Part shown: one piece after another, positions 18,102 to 27,299 of the stretch
Position numbering within the stretch: the stretch's first letter is position 1
Layout of the letters: the number at the start of each line of letters is the position of its first letter
DNA from: an uncultured Porphyromonadaceae bacterium
GTDB taxonomy: Bacteria; Bacteroidota; Bacteroidia; Bacteroidales; UBA12481
Direction: 5' to 3'
Assembly (NCBI GenBank): GCA_964547475.1
Contig: CAZJNQ010000004.1
Location: 16,784 to 80,783, forward strand
Length of the DNA: 64,000 nt
The notes under the pieces: model-generated
Databases searched by the model: none
Seen by the model: only the letters and a program-made list of their open reading frames with translations
Told to the model about the DNA's origin: nothing
Position numbers and translations under genes: made by a program

Positions 18102-19225
18102 ACAAGCGGGAGTTTCTGAAATGTTTAACAATTACCGGAGCCTCAGCCTGCATCGCATCGACGGGAGCTATCGGCAATGAATTGATATCAGCTATGGATG
18201 ATTTGAACACTGACAACCAGGGAGAAAGGGAAGCCAGCCATTATGTGGTCACTCCCCGCGGCGTTAAATGCCTTATCTGTCCCAATGAGTGCACTTTGAA
18301 GGAAGGGGAGTTAAGTGATTGCCACAACCGGATAGCCCGCGACGGGAAACTCTTCACGATGGCCTATGGAAATCCCTGCGCGGTCCATATTGATCCGGTT
18401 GAAAAAAAGCCCTTGCTGCATTTTTATCCGGCCAGTCTCTCTTTCAGTCTGGCCACGGCAGGATGTAATTTCGCCTGCCTGAATTGCCAGAACTGGGAGA
18501 TCAGCCAGACTTCGCCCACGAAGACCCGGAATTATCAGGCTACTCCCGTTCAGCTCGTCGACCAGGCTATCCGGGAAAACTGCAAGTCAATAGCCTATAC
18601 CTATTCCGAACCGATCACCTTTTTTGAGTACATGCTCGATACAGCGACGTTGGCCAAAAGCAGGGGAATCAAGAATATAATGGTTTCCAACGGTTACATC
18701 AACCCGGAACCCCTGCTGGAATTGTGCAAGGTGATCGACGCAGCCAATATCGACCTGAAGACCTTTGATGAGGAGGTCCATCTGAAACTGACCGCCGGCA
18801 ACCTCAAACCGGTCCTTGAAACATTAAAAACGTTCAGAAAGGAGGGTGTTTGGCTCGAAATCACCAACCTGATCGTACCCAGCTGGACCGATAATTTCGA
18901 TGTCATTGCACGCATGTGTGATTGGTTGGCCCAGGAGGGATTCAATGATTATCCCCTGCACTTCAGCCGTTTCCATCCGCAGCATAAACTGACCCGCCTC
19001 CCGGTCACCCCTTTGCAATCCCTGACCCGGGCCAAGGAAATTGCCCTGAAAGCGGGTCTTCACTACGTCTATGTAGGGAATGTACCGGGCATCGGGGGAG
19101 AGGACACCTATTGCCACAGCTGCAAAGTGCTCCTGGTCAAGAGAAACGGTTTTGAAATAGAGCAGAACCTGATTGTCAACGGGCGCTGTCCGAAATGCCA
19201 GACTCCGGTCCCCGGACGGTGGTAA
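18098..19225 (+). CDS. AmmeMemoRadiSam-type radical SAM enzyme with a Tat-like N-terminal leader
   Basis: CX3CX2C motif CNFACLNC, plus an N-terminal Cys cluster (CLICPNEC, DCHNR) and a C-terminal one (CHSC, CPKC) as in the PflA-like AmmeMemoRadiSam partner. ATG 18098 overlaps the upstream stop as ATGA. Confidence 0.88.
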   Translation: MNKREFLKCLTITGASACIASTGAIGNELISAMDDLNTDNQGEREASHYVVTPRGVKCLICPNECTLKEGELSDCHNRIARDGKLFTMAYGNPCAVHIDPVEKKPLLHFYPASLSFSLATAGCNFACLNCQNWEISQTSPTKTRNYQATPVQLVDQAIRENCKSIAYTYSEPITFFEYMLDTATLAKSRGIKNIMVSNGYINPEPLLELCKVIDAANIDLKTFDEEVHLKLTAGNLKPVLETLKTFRKEGVWLEITNLIVPSWTDNFDVIARMCDWLAQEGFNDYPLHFSRFHPQHKLTRLPVTPLQSLTRAKEIALKAGLHYVYVGNVPGIGGEDTYCHSCKVLLVKRNGFEIEQNLIVNGRCPKCQTPVPGRW

Positions 19226-19273
19226 TCTAAAATTTCTTTATCTTCGGATAGATCTTCAAGTTTAGAAGCGTAC

Positions 19274-22228
19274 ATGCAAGTAAACTGGGTTTTGTTTCAC
19301 CGGTTTAAGATCAAACCGGTCTTTGTTTTCATTTTCTCCCTCTGGGCAGCTGCCTTACCCGGGCAAGTCAAAAACAAAGGAATCCCGCACATTATCAATT
19401 ATCCCAAACAGGTTTATGAGGGGGGTACCCAGAACTGGAGCATCACCCAGGATCAGAAAGGCTTCATGTATTTCGGCAATAATGACGGTCTCCTGGAATT
19501 TGACGGTAAGCGGTGGAGGAGATACTCTCTCTCAGACCGTTTTCTGTACCGGGCTGTGGCGGTTACATCGGACGGGACCATATACATTGGATTGTCAAAT
19601 GACTTCGGTATGATGATACCTGATGAAAGAGGTATCCTGCACTATGTTTCACTTTCTGATCAATTTCCCCGGATTGCCGTAGGATTCAATGAAATCTGGA
19701 AGATTTTTGAAACTCCAGCTGGTATCTATTTTCAATCAAAAAGTAAAATTTTTCTGTATAAGGGTAATCAAATGGATGTCATTTTTCCTGACAGGGAGTT
19801 CAATTTCCTGTTCAAAGCGGATAAAACCCTGTATACCAGTGAACGGCACCTTGGACTTCTTAAAATACAAGGCACGCAAGTATCCAAGGTTCCGGGTGGT
19901 GATGCCTTTATCGGGATGAACATTGAATCCGTGGTTCCCTATGATGACCGGAACCTGATCATCGGCACAGCCAAAAACGGACTTTTCCTTTATGACGGAG
20001 AAAAAGCCGTTCCCTGGGCCAAAGAAGCATCAGCCTTTTTGATGGAGAACTCCATATTTTGCGGCATCGCCCTGCCCAACCGCTACTATGCCTATGGGAC
20101 AATCCGGGACGGTGTGCTGATCATTGATAAGGAAGGCAGACCGATTCAACACCTGAACCAGTCGAAAGGACTGCAAAACAATACTGTGCTGAGCCTTTTC
20201 TCCGATCGCGACAATAATCTATGGCTTGGTCTTGACCGGGGGATTTCCTATGCAGAAATCAACTCTCCCATAACTTTTTACAATTACGGAAAATCCTTGC
20301 CGGGAACAGGGTATGTTTCCATTCTGGCGGACGGCAATCTCTATGCCGGCACCAACCAGGGACTTTTCCTGAAGAAATGGTCTGAGTATGAAAATCCTCT
20401 TAATGAACGGGATTATTTTTCAGTTGTTCCGGGTACCCAAGGCCAGGTTTGGTCACTCAAAATGATTGATAAAAACTTGTTTTGCGGGCATAACCTGGGG
20501 ACGTTCCTGATCCGTGGCACGGAAGCCAAAATGATTTCCGAAGTACCGGGCAGTTGGGATTTTTTAAAACTATCCGCAAATCCAGGTATTGTCCTGGGTG
20601 GAACATACACCGGGGTCAATCTATACACCAAGAGCCCTGAAGGTTGGAAATTCTCAGGACCGATAGCAGGATTCCATGAAAGCACACGACTTTTTGCCGA
20701 GGATGACCTGGGCCGCCTGTGGATTGCACATGGAAGCCTGGGTGTTTTCAGGGTTGAATTCAATGAGGATTATACAACGGTCACCTCGGTTAAGTTATAT
20801 ACCGACCGGGAGGGATTACCCTCGAAATACCGTAACTCGGTTTACAAGATTGGCAGCCAGATCCTGTTTACCACCATCAACGGGATTTATTACTATGACC
20901 AGGCTACCGATTCTTTTATGCCGGACCTCAGGTTTAACGAACTGATCGGGAAGGAACCCGTTAGTTCCCTTTATGAAGACAAACAGGGAAATATCTGGTA
21001 TTTCAAGCCCTCCGAAATGGGAATTATCCGATCGGGCAATCAATCGGGCCGGAGTGTTGAGAAAAGACCCTTTTACCCCCTGAGGAACCAAACAAACCGC
21101 AGTTATGAGCATGTTAATTTCCTTGACGAAAACAACATAATCATCGCTTGCGAAGAAGGTTATGCACATTATGATCCAACCTACGCCCTGAAGCTGGCTG
21201 AAAATGCGCAATGTCATATACGAGCTGTCATCGGCACAGGGAAAGTTTCCACCACCTACCTGGGAGGAAACGAACCGACAATCATAGATGCATCCGGTGA
21301 CAATCAAAAACAAGATCTTCGTATAAGCATACCCTTCTCCTCCAACAACCTCAGGTTTGAGTTCGCTGTCCCTCTTTATGACCATCCCGATGAATTACGG
21401 TTCAAATACTACCTTGAAGGTTACGATGATTACGAGAGTGCATGGACAACTGAAGCATTCAAAGAGTACACCGGACTCAAGGAAGGTTCCTACCTTTTCA
21501 GAGTCAAAGGATTGGGTATTAATAACATAGAAACTTCAGAAGCTTCGGTCAGGTTCCGGGTGCTGCCACCCTGGTTCAGGAGTACGGTAGCCTATGTTTT
21601 TTACATTTTAGTTCTTCTGTCCGCCAGTTTTCTGACCGGCCGAAGGATTCTACATAAATTCCAGCAAGAGAAACTGGCTGTCACTATCCAGCATGAAAAG
21701 AATTTTGAGCAGATCAGGCAACGTTACCTGGCCGAATCGCTAGAATCCGAAAAAAGACTGGTGGTGCTTGAAAAGGATAAACTGGAAACAGAAATGGCAT
21801 TCAAGAACAAGCAATTGTCAGCCAGCATATCCGGTCTGGTCAGGAAGAACGAGTTCCTCATCATGCTTCGAAAAGAGATGATCAGGATTTCCGAGAAGCT
21901 GGTGGACTCCGAAGCCGGGAGAAACCTCAACCGCGTAATCGCGAAGGTGGAAGCCAATATTGAAGCTGAAGCAGATTACCGGCAGTTCGAGGACCACTTT
22001 GATGCCGTCCATGACAATTTTCTGAAAAACCTGAAAAAACAGTTTCCCCAGCTGACACCGACTGATTTGAGGCTCTGTGCTTACCTGCGTTTAAACCTGA
22101 CAACCAAGGAGATCGCACCGCTTCTAAACATATCACCGCGGGGGGTGGAGATCAGCCGTTACCGTTTGCGCAAGAAAATGAACCTTCCACACGATCTTAA
22201 CCTGACGGATTTCATGATCAATTTCTGA
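19274..22228 (+). CDS. membrane one-component sensor-regulator: beta-propeller (Reg_prop) repeats + Y_Y_Y domain + TM helix + coiled coil + LuxR-type HTH
   Basis: Repeated propeller motifs (NDGLLEFDG, NLWLGLDRGISY, GRLWIAHGSLGVF). Y_Y_Y motif LRFKYYLEGYDDYESAW and SYLFRVKG. TM helix VAYVFYILVLLSASFL. C-terminal HTH LTPTDLRLCAYLRLNLTTKEIAPLLNISPRGVEISRYRLRKK. There are no histidine kinase or receiver motifs. Confidence 0.85.
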   Translation: MQVNWVLFHRFKIKPVFVFIFSLWAAALPGQVKNKGIPHIINYPKQVYEGGTQNWSITQDQKGFMYFGNNDGLLEFDGKRWRRYSLSDRFLYRAVAVTSDGTIYIGLSNDFGMMIPDERGILHYVSLSDQFPRIAVGFNEIWKIFETPAGIYFQSKSKIFLYKGNQMDVIFPDREFNFLFKADKTLYTSERHLGLLKIQGTQVSKVPGGDAFIGMNIESVVPYDDRNLIIGTAKNGLFLYDGEKAVPWAKEASAFLMENSIFCGIALPNRYYAYGTIRDGVLIIDKEGRPIQHLNQSKGLQNNTVLSLFSDRDNNLWLGLDRGISYAEINSPITFYNYGKSLPGTGYVSILADGNLYAGTNQGLFLKKWSEYENPLNERDYFSVVPGTQGQVWSLKMIDKNLFCGHNLGTFLIRGTEAKMISEVPGSWDFLKLSANPGIVLGGTYTGVNLYTKSPEGWKFSGPIAGFHESTRLFAEDDLGRLWIAHGSLGVFRVEFNEDYTTVTSVKLYTDREGLPSKYRNSVYKIGSQILFTTINGIYYYDQATDSFMPDLRFNELIGKEPVSSLYEDKQGNIWYFKPSEMGIIRSGNQSGRSVEKRPFYPLRNQTNRSYEHVNFLDENNIIIACEEGYAHYDPTYALKLAENAQCHIRAVIGTGKVSTTYLGGNEPTIIDASGDNQKQDLRISIPFSSNNLRFEFAVPLYDHPDELRFKYYLEGYDDYESAWTTEAFKEYTGLKEGSYLFRVKGLGINNIETSEASVRFRVLPPWFRSTVAYVFYILVLLSASFLTGRRILHKFQQEKLAVTIQHEKNFEQIRQRYLAESLESEKRLVVLEKDKLETEMAFKNKQLSASISGLVRKNEFLIMLRKEMIRISEKLVDSEAGRNLNRVIAKVEANIEAEADYRQFEDHFDAVHDNFLKNLKKQFPQLTPTDLRLCAYLRLNLTTKEIAPLLNISPRGVEISRYRLRKKMNLPHDLNLTDFMINF

Positions 22229-22270
22229 CAGCCCCGTATTTGCTTCGTTTCCCGAAAAACCTTTTAGTCC

Positions 22271-22310
22271 TGATGTAGCTGTGATGTAGTCAAGATGTAA
22301 CAGTTATGTG
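22271..22310 (+). promoter_or_regulatory. four direct repeats phased at exactly 11 bp (candidate operator upstream of susC)
   Basis: TGATGTAG (22271), TGATGTAG (22282), AGATGTAA (22293) and TTATGTG (22304). The ATGT cores start at 22273, 22284, 22295 and 22306. The array lies in a 333-bp non-coding region between the regulator and susC. Confidence 0.35.
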
Positions 22311-22561
22311 TTTTCACCGTTGTCAGTCCCTGGGATTAACCTTAAACTTACTTGTCCGACTGTGTCCCGGGAGGATAACGGTAGGAACCTGAACCTATTT
22401 GATGATTGGGTTAATTGATTTGGAAGGGTTTTATCTAAATTTCATTAATGACTATGTACCGGACAATACCCTACCCGATTATTCCGGGCCCTTAGTCCAA
22501 CTCTGATTGTCTCCTCCAGGAATTTCGTTCCTGCTAATTAGCCAAAATTTATATCAACCTA

Positions 22562-25500
22562 ATGTTTAATCCTATGAATCTTAAACTTTTCCGTTTTCTA
22601 AAAGTCTTTACTGCGGTGCTCGTCATCTGGCTCGTTGCAGTGTCGGCATTCGCTCAGGGACTTGTAGTTTCGGGAACCGTTACCGATGAAAAAGGTGGCG
22701 GGCTTCCCGGAGTTAACGTAGTAATCAAGGGCACGCAATTGGGCGTTTCAACCGATCAGGCGGGCAAGTACAGCCTGTCGGTTCCCAATGCTCAAGCAGT
22801 CTTGTCCTTCAGTTACGTGGGATACCAGGCGCAGGATATCCCCGTTGAAGGGCGTACGGTCATCAACGTATCACTTCAACCACTCGACATCACTATCGAT
22901 GAGGCTGTGGTTGTGGGCTACGGCGTTCAAAAAAAGAGCCTGATCAGTGGTGCCATAGCGAAAGTTACGGCTGAGGAAATGGTCAGGGGCAACAACCTCA
23001 GGATCAACCAGGCATTGCAGGGTAAGACTTCCGGTGTGGTCATCATGAACAATTCCGGTCAGCCCGGGGATTTCGTCTCGGTCAGGATCCGCGGGATTGG
23101 TACTAACGGCGATGCGGAGCCTTTATACATCGTTGACGGGCTTCCGACCAATGGTTACGGTATTGATTATCTGAATCCTTCCGATATTGAGTCGGTCGAA
23201 GTCCTGAAAGATGCTGCCTCGGCAGCGATCTATGGAGCCAGGGCGGCTAACGGGGTTATCCTGATCACCACCAAAAAAGGCAACAGGGGAACCACGCAGG
23301 TCACCTATTCAAGCTACCTCGGATTTCAAAATCCCTGGAGAAAACTGGATGTCCTTGACAAAGACGACTATTTCATGCTGCAGAATGAAGCAGCCGCCAA
23401 TGCAGGTCAGCCCTGGAAATTCAGCCAGGCCATGATCGATACTTTTCCTTACAGCACCGACTGGCAGGATGAAATGTTCAATTACAATGCCCCTAAACTT
23501 AACCACGAGGTAGTGATTTCCGGTGGCAGCGGAAGGGGCAGTTTCCTCAGCTCGTTCAATTACCTCAAGCAGGACGGGATTGTTGCCAAAGGCAAATCCA
23601 ATTTCGAGCGGTTTACCTACAGGCTGAACCTGGACTGGGATTTGGATTTCCTCAAGATCGGAACCAATATCAACCTGGCAAACATGAACAGTCAGGGGAT
23701 TTCGACGAATGACCACTTTGCTTCCACCAGCCTGGTTCAAGCCTTGAACACTCCGCCAATAGTACCGGTTAAATTTCCCAACGGTGAATGGGCATCTCCC
23801 GAGGATTTCGGCATAGGGATGCAGGAAATCACCAACCCGGTTGCCATGCTTTCCTATACGAACGGACATACCAACACCTATAAAGCTGTGGGCAATACCT
23901 ACGCCTCGTTTGACTTCGGAAAGCTCTTCGGTGCGTTGGAGGGTCTGACCTTCCGCACCTCCCTGGGTGGGGAGTATGCTTTGGTAATCAACCGGAATTA
24001 TAATCCGGAATACGATCTGGATGCCACTCATAAAACCCTTATCAACAGCGTTTCGAGGAGCGAGGATAATTACATGAACTGGAACTGGGAGAACATCCTG
24101 ACCTATGATAAAACCTTCGGTGAACATCATATCACCGCACTGGCCGGTCATGCTGCCCAGAGAAACCAGTATAGCAATGTCGGAGGGTCAAAAAATGACG
24201 TGATCTTCGACGATTACGAGCATGCCTTCCTGGATAATGCGATGGATGTGACCTCCGCAACCATTTATGGAGGTTACAGTGATCACACCATGCTTTCCTA
24301 CTTTGGAAGGATCAACTACGACCTGATGAACAAGTACATGGTGACGGCCATAATGAGAACTGACGGTTCCTCGAGGTTTGGTTCAGCCAATAAGTTCGGT
24401 ACCTTCCCGTCCCTGTCGGCAGGGTGGATCTTTTCGCGTGAATCTTTCATGGAAAAATTCGGCAACTGGTTGAGTTTGGGAAAACTCCGTGCCAGCTGGG
24501 GACAGAATGGGAACGAATCGATCGGGGACTTCCGTTACACTTCGGTGATGGGAACCGGTTCCATATATTATTATGGGATCGGACAGATCCAGTACAACGG
24601 GATGGTCCCAACCCGGATTGCCAATCCGAGCCTGAAATGGGAAACCTCGGAACAGTTGGACTTCGGTCTTGACCTGGGTTTCCTGAACAACAAGTTATCC
24701 CTGACGGTAGACTATTATATCAAGACCACCAAAGACTGGCTGATCGAAGCCCCGGCTCCCATGCTGGTTGGCAACGTACCCCCGGTGATCAATGGAGGTT
24801 CGGTGAGGAACAGCGGACTTGATATGGAATTCGGTTACCGCGAGCATTTTAACGATCTCTACGTGGATGTTAAACTGATTGGTAACACCAATAAGAATAT
24901 TGTCCTGGATATTCAGAACGAGGAGCAGCGCCTGCAAGGCGGCGGCGGCGGATTCGGGCAAGCCGACATCGTCCGCGCCGAAGTGGGCTCGCCTCTGGGA
25001 GTGTTTTACGGTATTCAGACTGACGGCATCTTCCAGAATGAGGAGGAAGTGCAGGCTCACACAAATGCAGAAGGAAAGCTGATTCAACCCAACGCTCAGC
25101 CAGGTGACTTCCGTTTTGTCGACCAGAACGGCGACGGAACCATCGACAGCAACGACCGGGTCATGATAGGCAATCCTTATCCTGATTTTACCGGGGGTTT
25201 GAACTTGTCCCTGGAATTCAAAGGAATTGATTTCAACATGTTTTGGTACACTGCGTTAGGCCATCAGGTCTGGGATGCAACCCGGCGTTATGACATGAAC
25301 TATACCAATTACCGGGGTGAAGCCCTAAACAGATGGACCGGTGAAGGCAGTACGGACGAGTATCCTCGCCTGACTTACAACGACCTGAACCAAAACTTTA
25401 AAACCCCGAGTGATTTCTGGGTTAAAGATGCTGATTACCTGAGGCTCAGGAACCTGTCAATCGGTTATACGCTACCCGGCAAGATAACCCGGATGATCCG

Positions 25501-25666
25501 GATCAGCAAAGTCAGGTTCTATATCCTGGCCGAGAATCTGCTGACATTCACCAAATATGACGGCTATGAACCTGAGATCGGCGGTGGCGTGTTTAATTAC
25601 GGTGTTGACCATGGCATCTATCCGCAGGCCCGCACTATTTATGGTGGAATCAATGTAACCTTCTGA
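22562..25666 (+). CDS. susC: SusC/RagA-family TonB-dependent outer-membrane transporter
   Basis: Signal peptide, carboxypeptidase-regulatory-like domain (VSGTVTDEKGGGLPGVNVVIKGT), plug region (VVVGYG, IESVEVLKDAASAAIYGARAANGVILITTKKG), a long barrel and a terminal aromatic residue (INVTF). Confidence 0.93.
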   Translation: MFNPMNLKLFRFLKVFTAVLVIWLVAVSAFAQGLVVSGTVTDEKGGGLPGVNVVIKGTQLGVSTDQAGKYSLSVPNAQAVLSFSYVGYQAQDIPVEGRTVINVSLQPLDITIDEAVVVGYGVQKKSLISGAIAKVTAEEMVRGNNLRINQALQGKTSGVVIMNNSGQPGDFVSVRIRGIGTNGDAEPLYIVDGLPTNGYGIDYLNPSDIESVEVLKDAASAAIYGARAANGVILITTKKGNRGTTQVTYSSYLGFQNPWRKLDVLDKDDYFMLQNEAAANAGQPWKFSQAMIDTFPYSTDWQDEMFNYNAPKLNHEVVISGGSGRGSFLSSFNYLKQDGIVAKGKSNFERFTYRLNLDWDLDFLKIGTNINLANMNSQGISTNDHFASTSLVQALNTPPIVPVKFPNGEWASPEDFGIGMQEITNPVAMLSYTNGHTNTYKAVGNTYASFDFGKLFGALEGLTFRTSLGGEYALVINRNYNPEYDLDATHKTLINSVSRSEDNYMNWNWENILTYDKTFGEHHITALAGHAAQRNQYSNVGGSKNDVIFDDYEHAFLDNAMDVTSATIYGGYSDHTMLSYFGRINYDLMNKYMVTAIMRTDGSSRFGSANKFGTFPSLSAGWIFSRESFMEKFGNWLSLGKLRASWGQNGNESIGDFRYTSVMGTGSIYYYGIGQIQYNGMVPTRIANPSLKWETSEQLDFGLDLGFLNNKLSLTVDYYIKTTKDWLIEAPAPMLVGNVPPVINGGSVRNSGLDMEFGYREHFNDLYVDVKLIGNTNKNIVLDIQNEEQRLQGGGGGFGQADIVRAEVGSPLGVFYGIQTDGIFQNEEEVQAHTNAEGKLIQPNAQPGDFRFVDQNGDGTIDSNDRVMIGNPYPDFTGGLNLSLEFKGIDFNMFWYTALGHQVWDATRRYDMNYTNYRGEALNRWTGEGSTDEYPRLTYNDLNQNFKTPSDFWVKDADYLRLRNLSIGYTLPGKITRMIRISKVRFYILAENLLTFTKYDGYEPEIGGGVFNYGVDHGIYPQARTIYGGINVTF

Positions 25667-25681
25667 TTTACTATCATTTTA

Positions 25682-27298
25682 ATGAAATCTGAAATGAAAA
25701 AATTAAGATATATCGCATACATAGCCCTCGTTTTTCTGGGCTTGCAGGCTTGTACAAAAGATTTTCTGGAACTGGAGCCGAAGACCGGCCTGGTGGAAGA
25801 AAACTTTTATAAATCAGAAAACGACGCTTTTCTGGCGCTCACGGGTGTATATGACGCCATGGCCGTTCAAAACTGGCAGTTTGTGCCGATCATGTCCGAT
25901 ATTTTTTCCGATGATGCCTATGCAGGCGGATCGGATGCCGGTGACATGAGTCAATGGCAGGAAATTGAGTTATCCACGATGACTGCTGAAAACAATTCGG
26001 CGTCAGACCTATGGAACCGGTGCTATTCCGGGCTATACAGGGCTAATCTGTACCTCCAGAAAGAAGCCGGGATCACATGGGATAATCCGGACAACCAGAA
26101 GAGGTTTATCGCGGAAGCCAAATTCCTGAGGGCTTATTTCTATTGGGATCTGGTCCGTCATTATGGCTGGGTTCCGATCATCAATACAGTTCTGCCCTCG
26201 ATCGAAGATTACAGGAATGCAACCCAAAACACTCCATCCGAGGTCTATACGGTGATTGCCACCGACCTGCTCGATGCGATTCCGGATCTTCCCCTGATGG
26301 TACCTTCGACCGAAGCCGGGAGGGTAACCAAGTATGCCGCCCAAGCGCTTATTGCGCGGATCTATCTTTTCTACAACGGAATCAAAACAGCCATCCCGGA
26401 TCTCGGATTAACGGGTGAATGGAGCGACGGGACCGTGACAATTGACAAGGCTTATGTCGAGGCTGCTCTTGATGAGATCATCAATAGCGGTGCTTACGAT
26501 CTGATGCCGGATTATGCCGATCTTTTTGACTGGGCCCACGAAAACAACATTGAATCGGTTTTCGAATGGCAATATTCGGAAAAGGCCAAATCGGGTGATT
26601 GGGGAGGATGGGGCATTGAAGGCAACTTCTCGGTGATCTTCTATGGGATCCGGAATCCTTCAGGATATGGTGGCTTCTTCGATGCAGGCTGGAGTTTCGG
26701 TACCGTCAGCTGGTCCCTCGTCGATGAGTTTGAACCTGGCGATCCCAGGAAGGATGTGGCCATTTTCAATGCTGATGAAAACATGGATTCCTACCTGCAC
26801 GCCTTTGAGAACTCTGGATATTTCAATCGCAAATGGCTGCCGCGCAACGCCTATCAGCCGACCAGCGGAAGCCGCGAACTCAATTATCCGGTCAACTTCT
26901 ATGATATCCGGTTTGCCGATGTACTTCTGATGGCTGCAGAGGTTTACCTCATCGATAATCCCGCGAAAGCAAAAGATTACCTGAACCGGGTCAGGACGCG
27001 TGCCCTGGGAGCTTCAGCCGCGCTTTCGTCCGTGGCACTTCAGGATATCATGCATGAACGCAGGGTCGAACTGGCGGGTGAAGGGTCACGTAAGTGGGAT
27101 CTACTTCGGCAAGGCTTGGACTTCGCCAAGGAGAAGATCGATGGAAGTTTCAATGTACCGGCCGGTATTCCCAACAGGCAGGACTTCAACAACCGGTCAT
27201 TCGACACCCAGACCTGGGGAATGTTTCCGATTCCGGGAAAGGATATCAGGAATTGCAACGACGGTGTTCTGAAACAGTATGTTCCTAAATACAAATAA
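25682..27298 (+). CDS. susD: SusD/RagB-family glycan-binding lipoprotein
   Basis: Lipoprotein signal (FLGLQAC). It starts 15 nt after susC and has SusD-like TPR-rich sequence (RAYFYWDLVRHYG, ERRVELAGEGSRKWDL). Confidence 0.92.
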   Translation: MKSEMKKLRYIAYIALVFLGLQACTKDFLELEPKTGLVEENFYKSENDAFLALTGVYDAMAVQNWQFVPIMSDIFSDDAYAGGSDAGDMSQWQEIELSTMTAENNSASDLWNRCYSGLYRANLYLQKEAGITWDNPDNQKRFIAEAKFLRAYFYWDLVRHYGWVPIINTVLPSIEDYRNATQNTPSEVYTVIATDLLDAIPDLPLMVPSTEAGRVTKYAAQALIARIYLFYNGIKTAIPDLGLTGEWSDGTVTIDKAYVEAALDEIINSGAYDLMPDYADLFDWAHENNIESVFEWQYSEKAKSGDWGGWGIEGNFSVIFYGIRNPSGYGGFFDAGWSFGTVSWSLVDEFEPGDPRKDVAIFNADENMDSYLHAFENSGYFNRKWLPRNAYQPTSGSRELNYPVNFYDIRFADVLLMAAEVYLIDNPAKAKDYLNRVRTRALGASAALSSVALQDIMHERRVELAGEGSRKWDLLRQGLDFAKEKIDGSFNVPAGIPNRQDFNNRSFDTQTWGMFPIPGKDIRNCNDGVLKQYVPKYK

Positions 27299-27299
27299 G

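Noticed and set aside
22301-22390. A small 27-codon ORF (MCFHRCQSLGLTLNLLVRLCPGRITVGT) in the susC leader, and a GAACCT x2 dinucleotide-scale repeat at 22385-22396.
   Set aside because: The ORF has no start context or conservation evidence and is too short to evaluate. The 6-mer duplication is within chance expectation.
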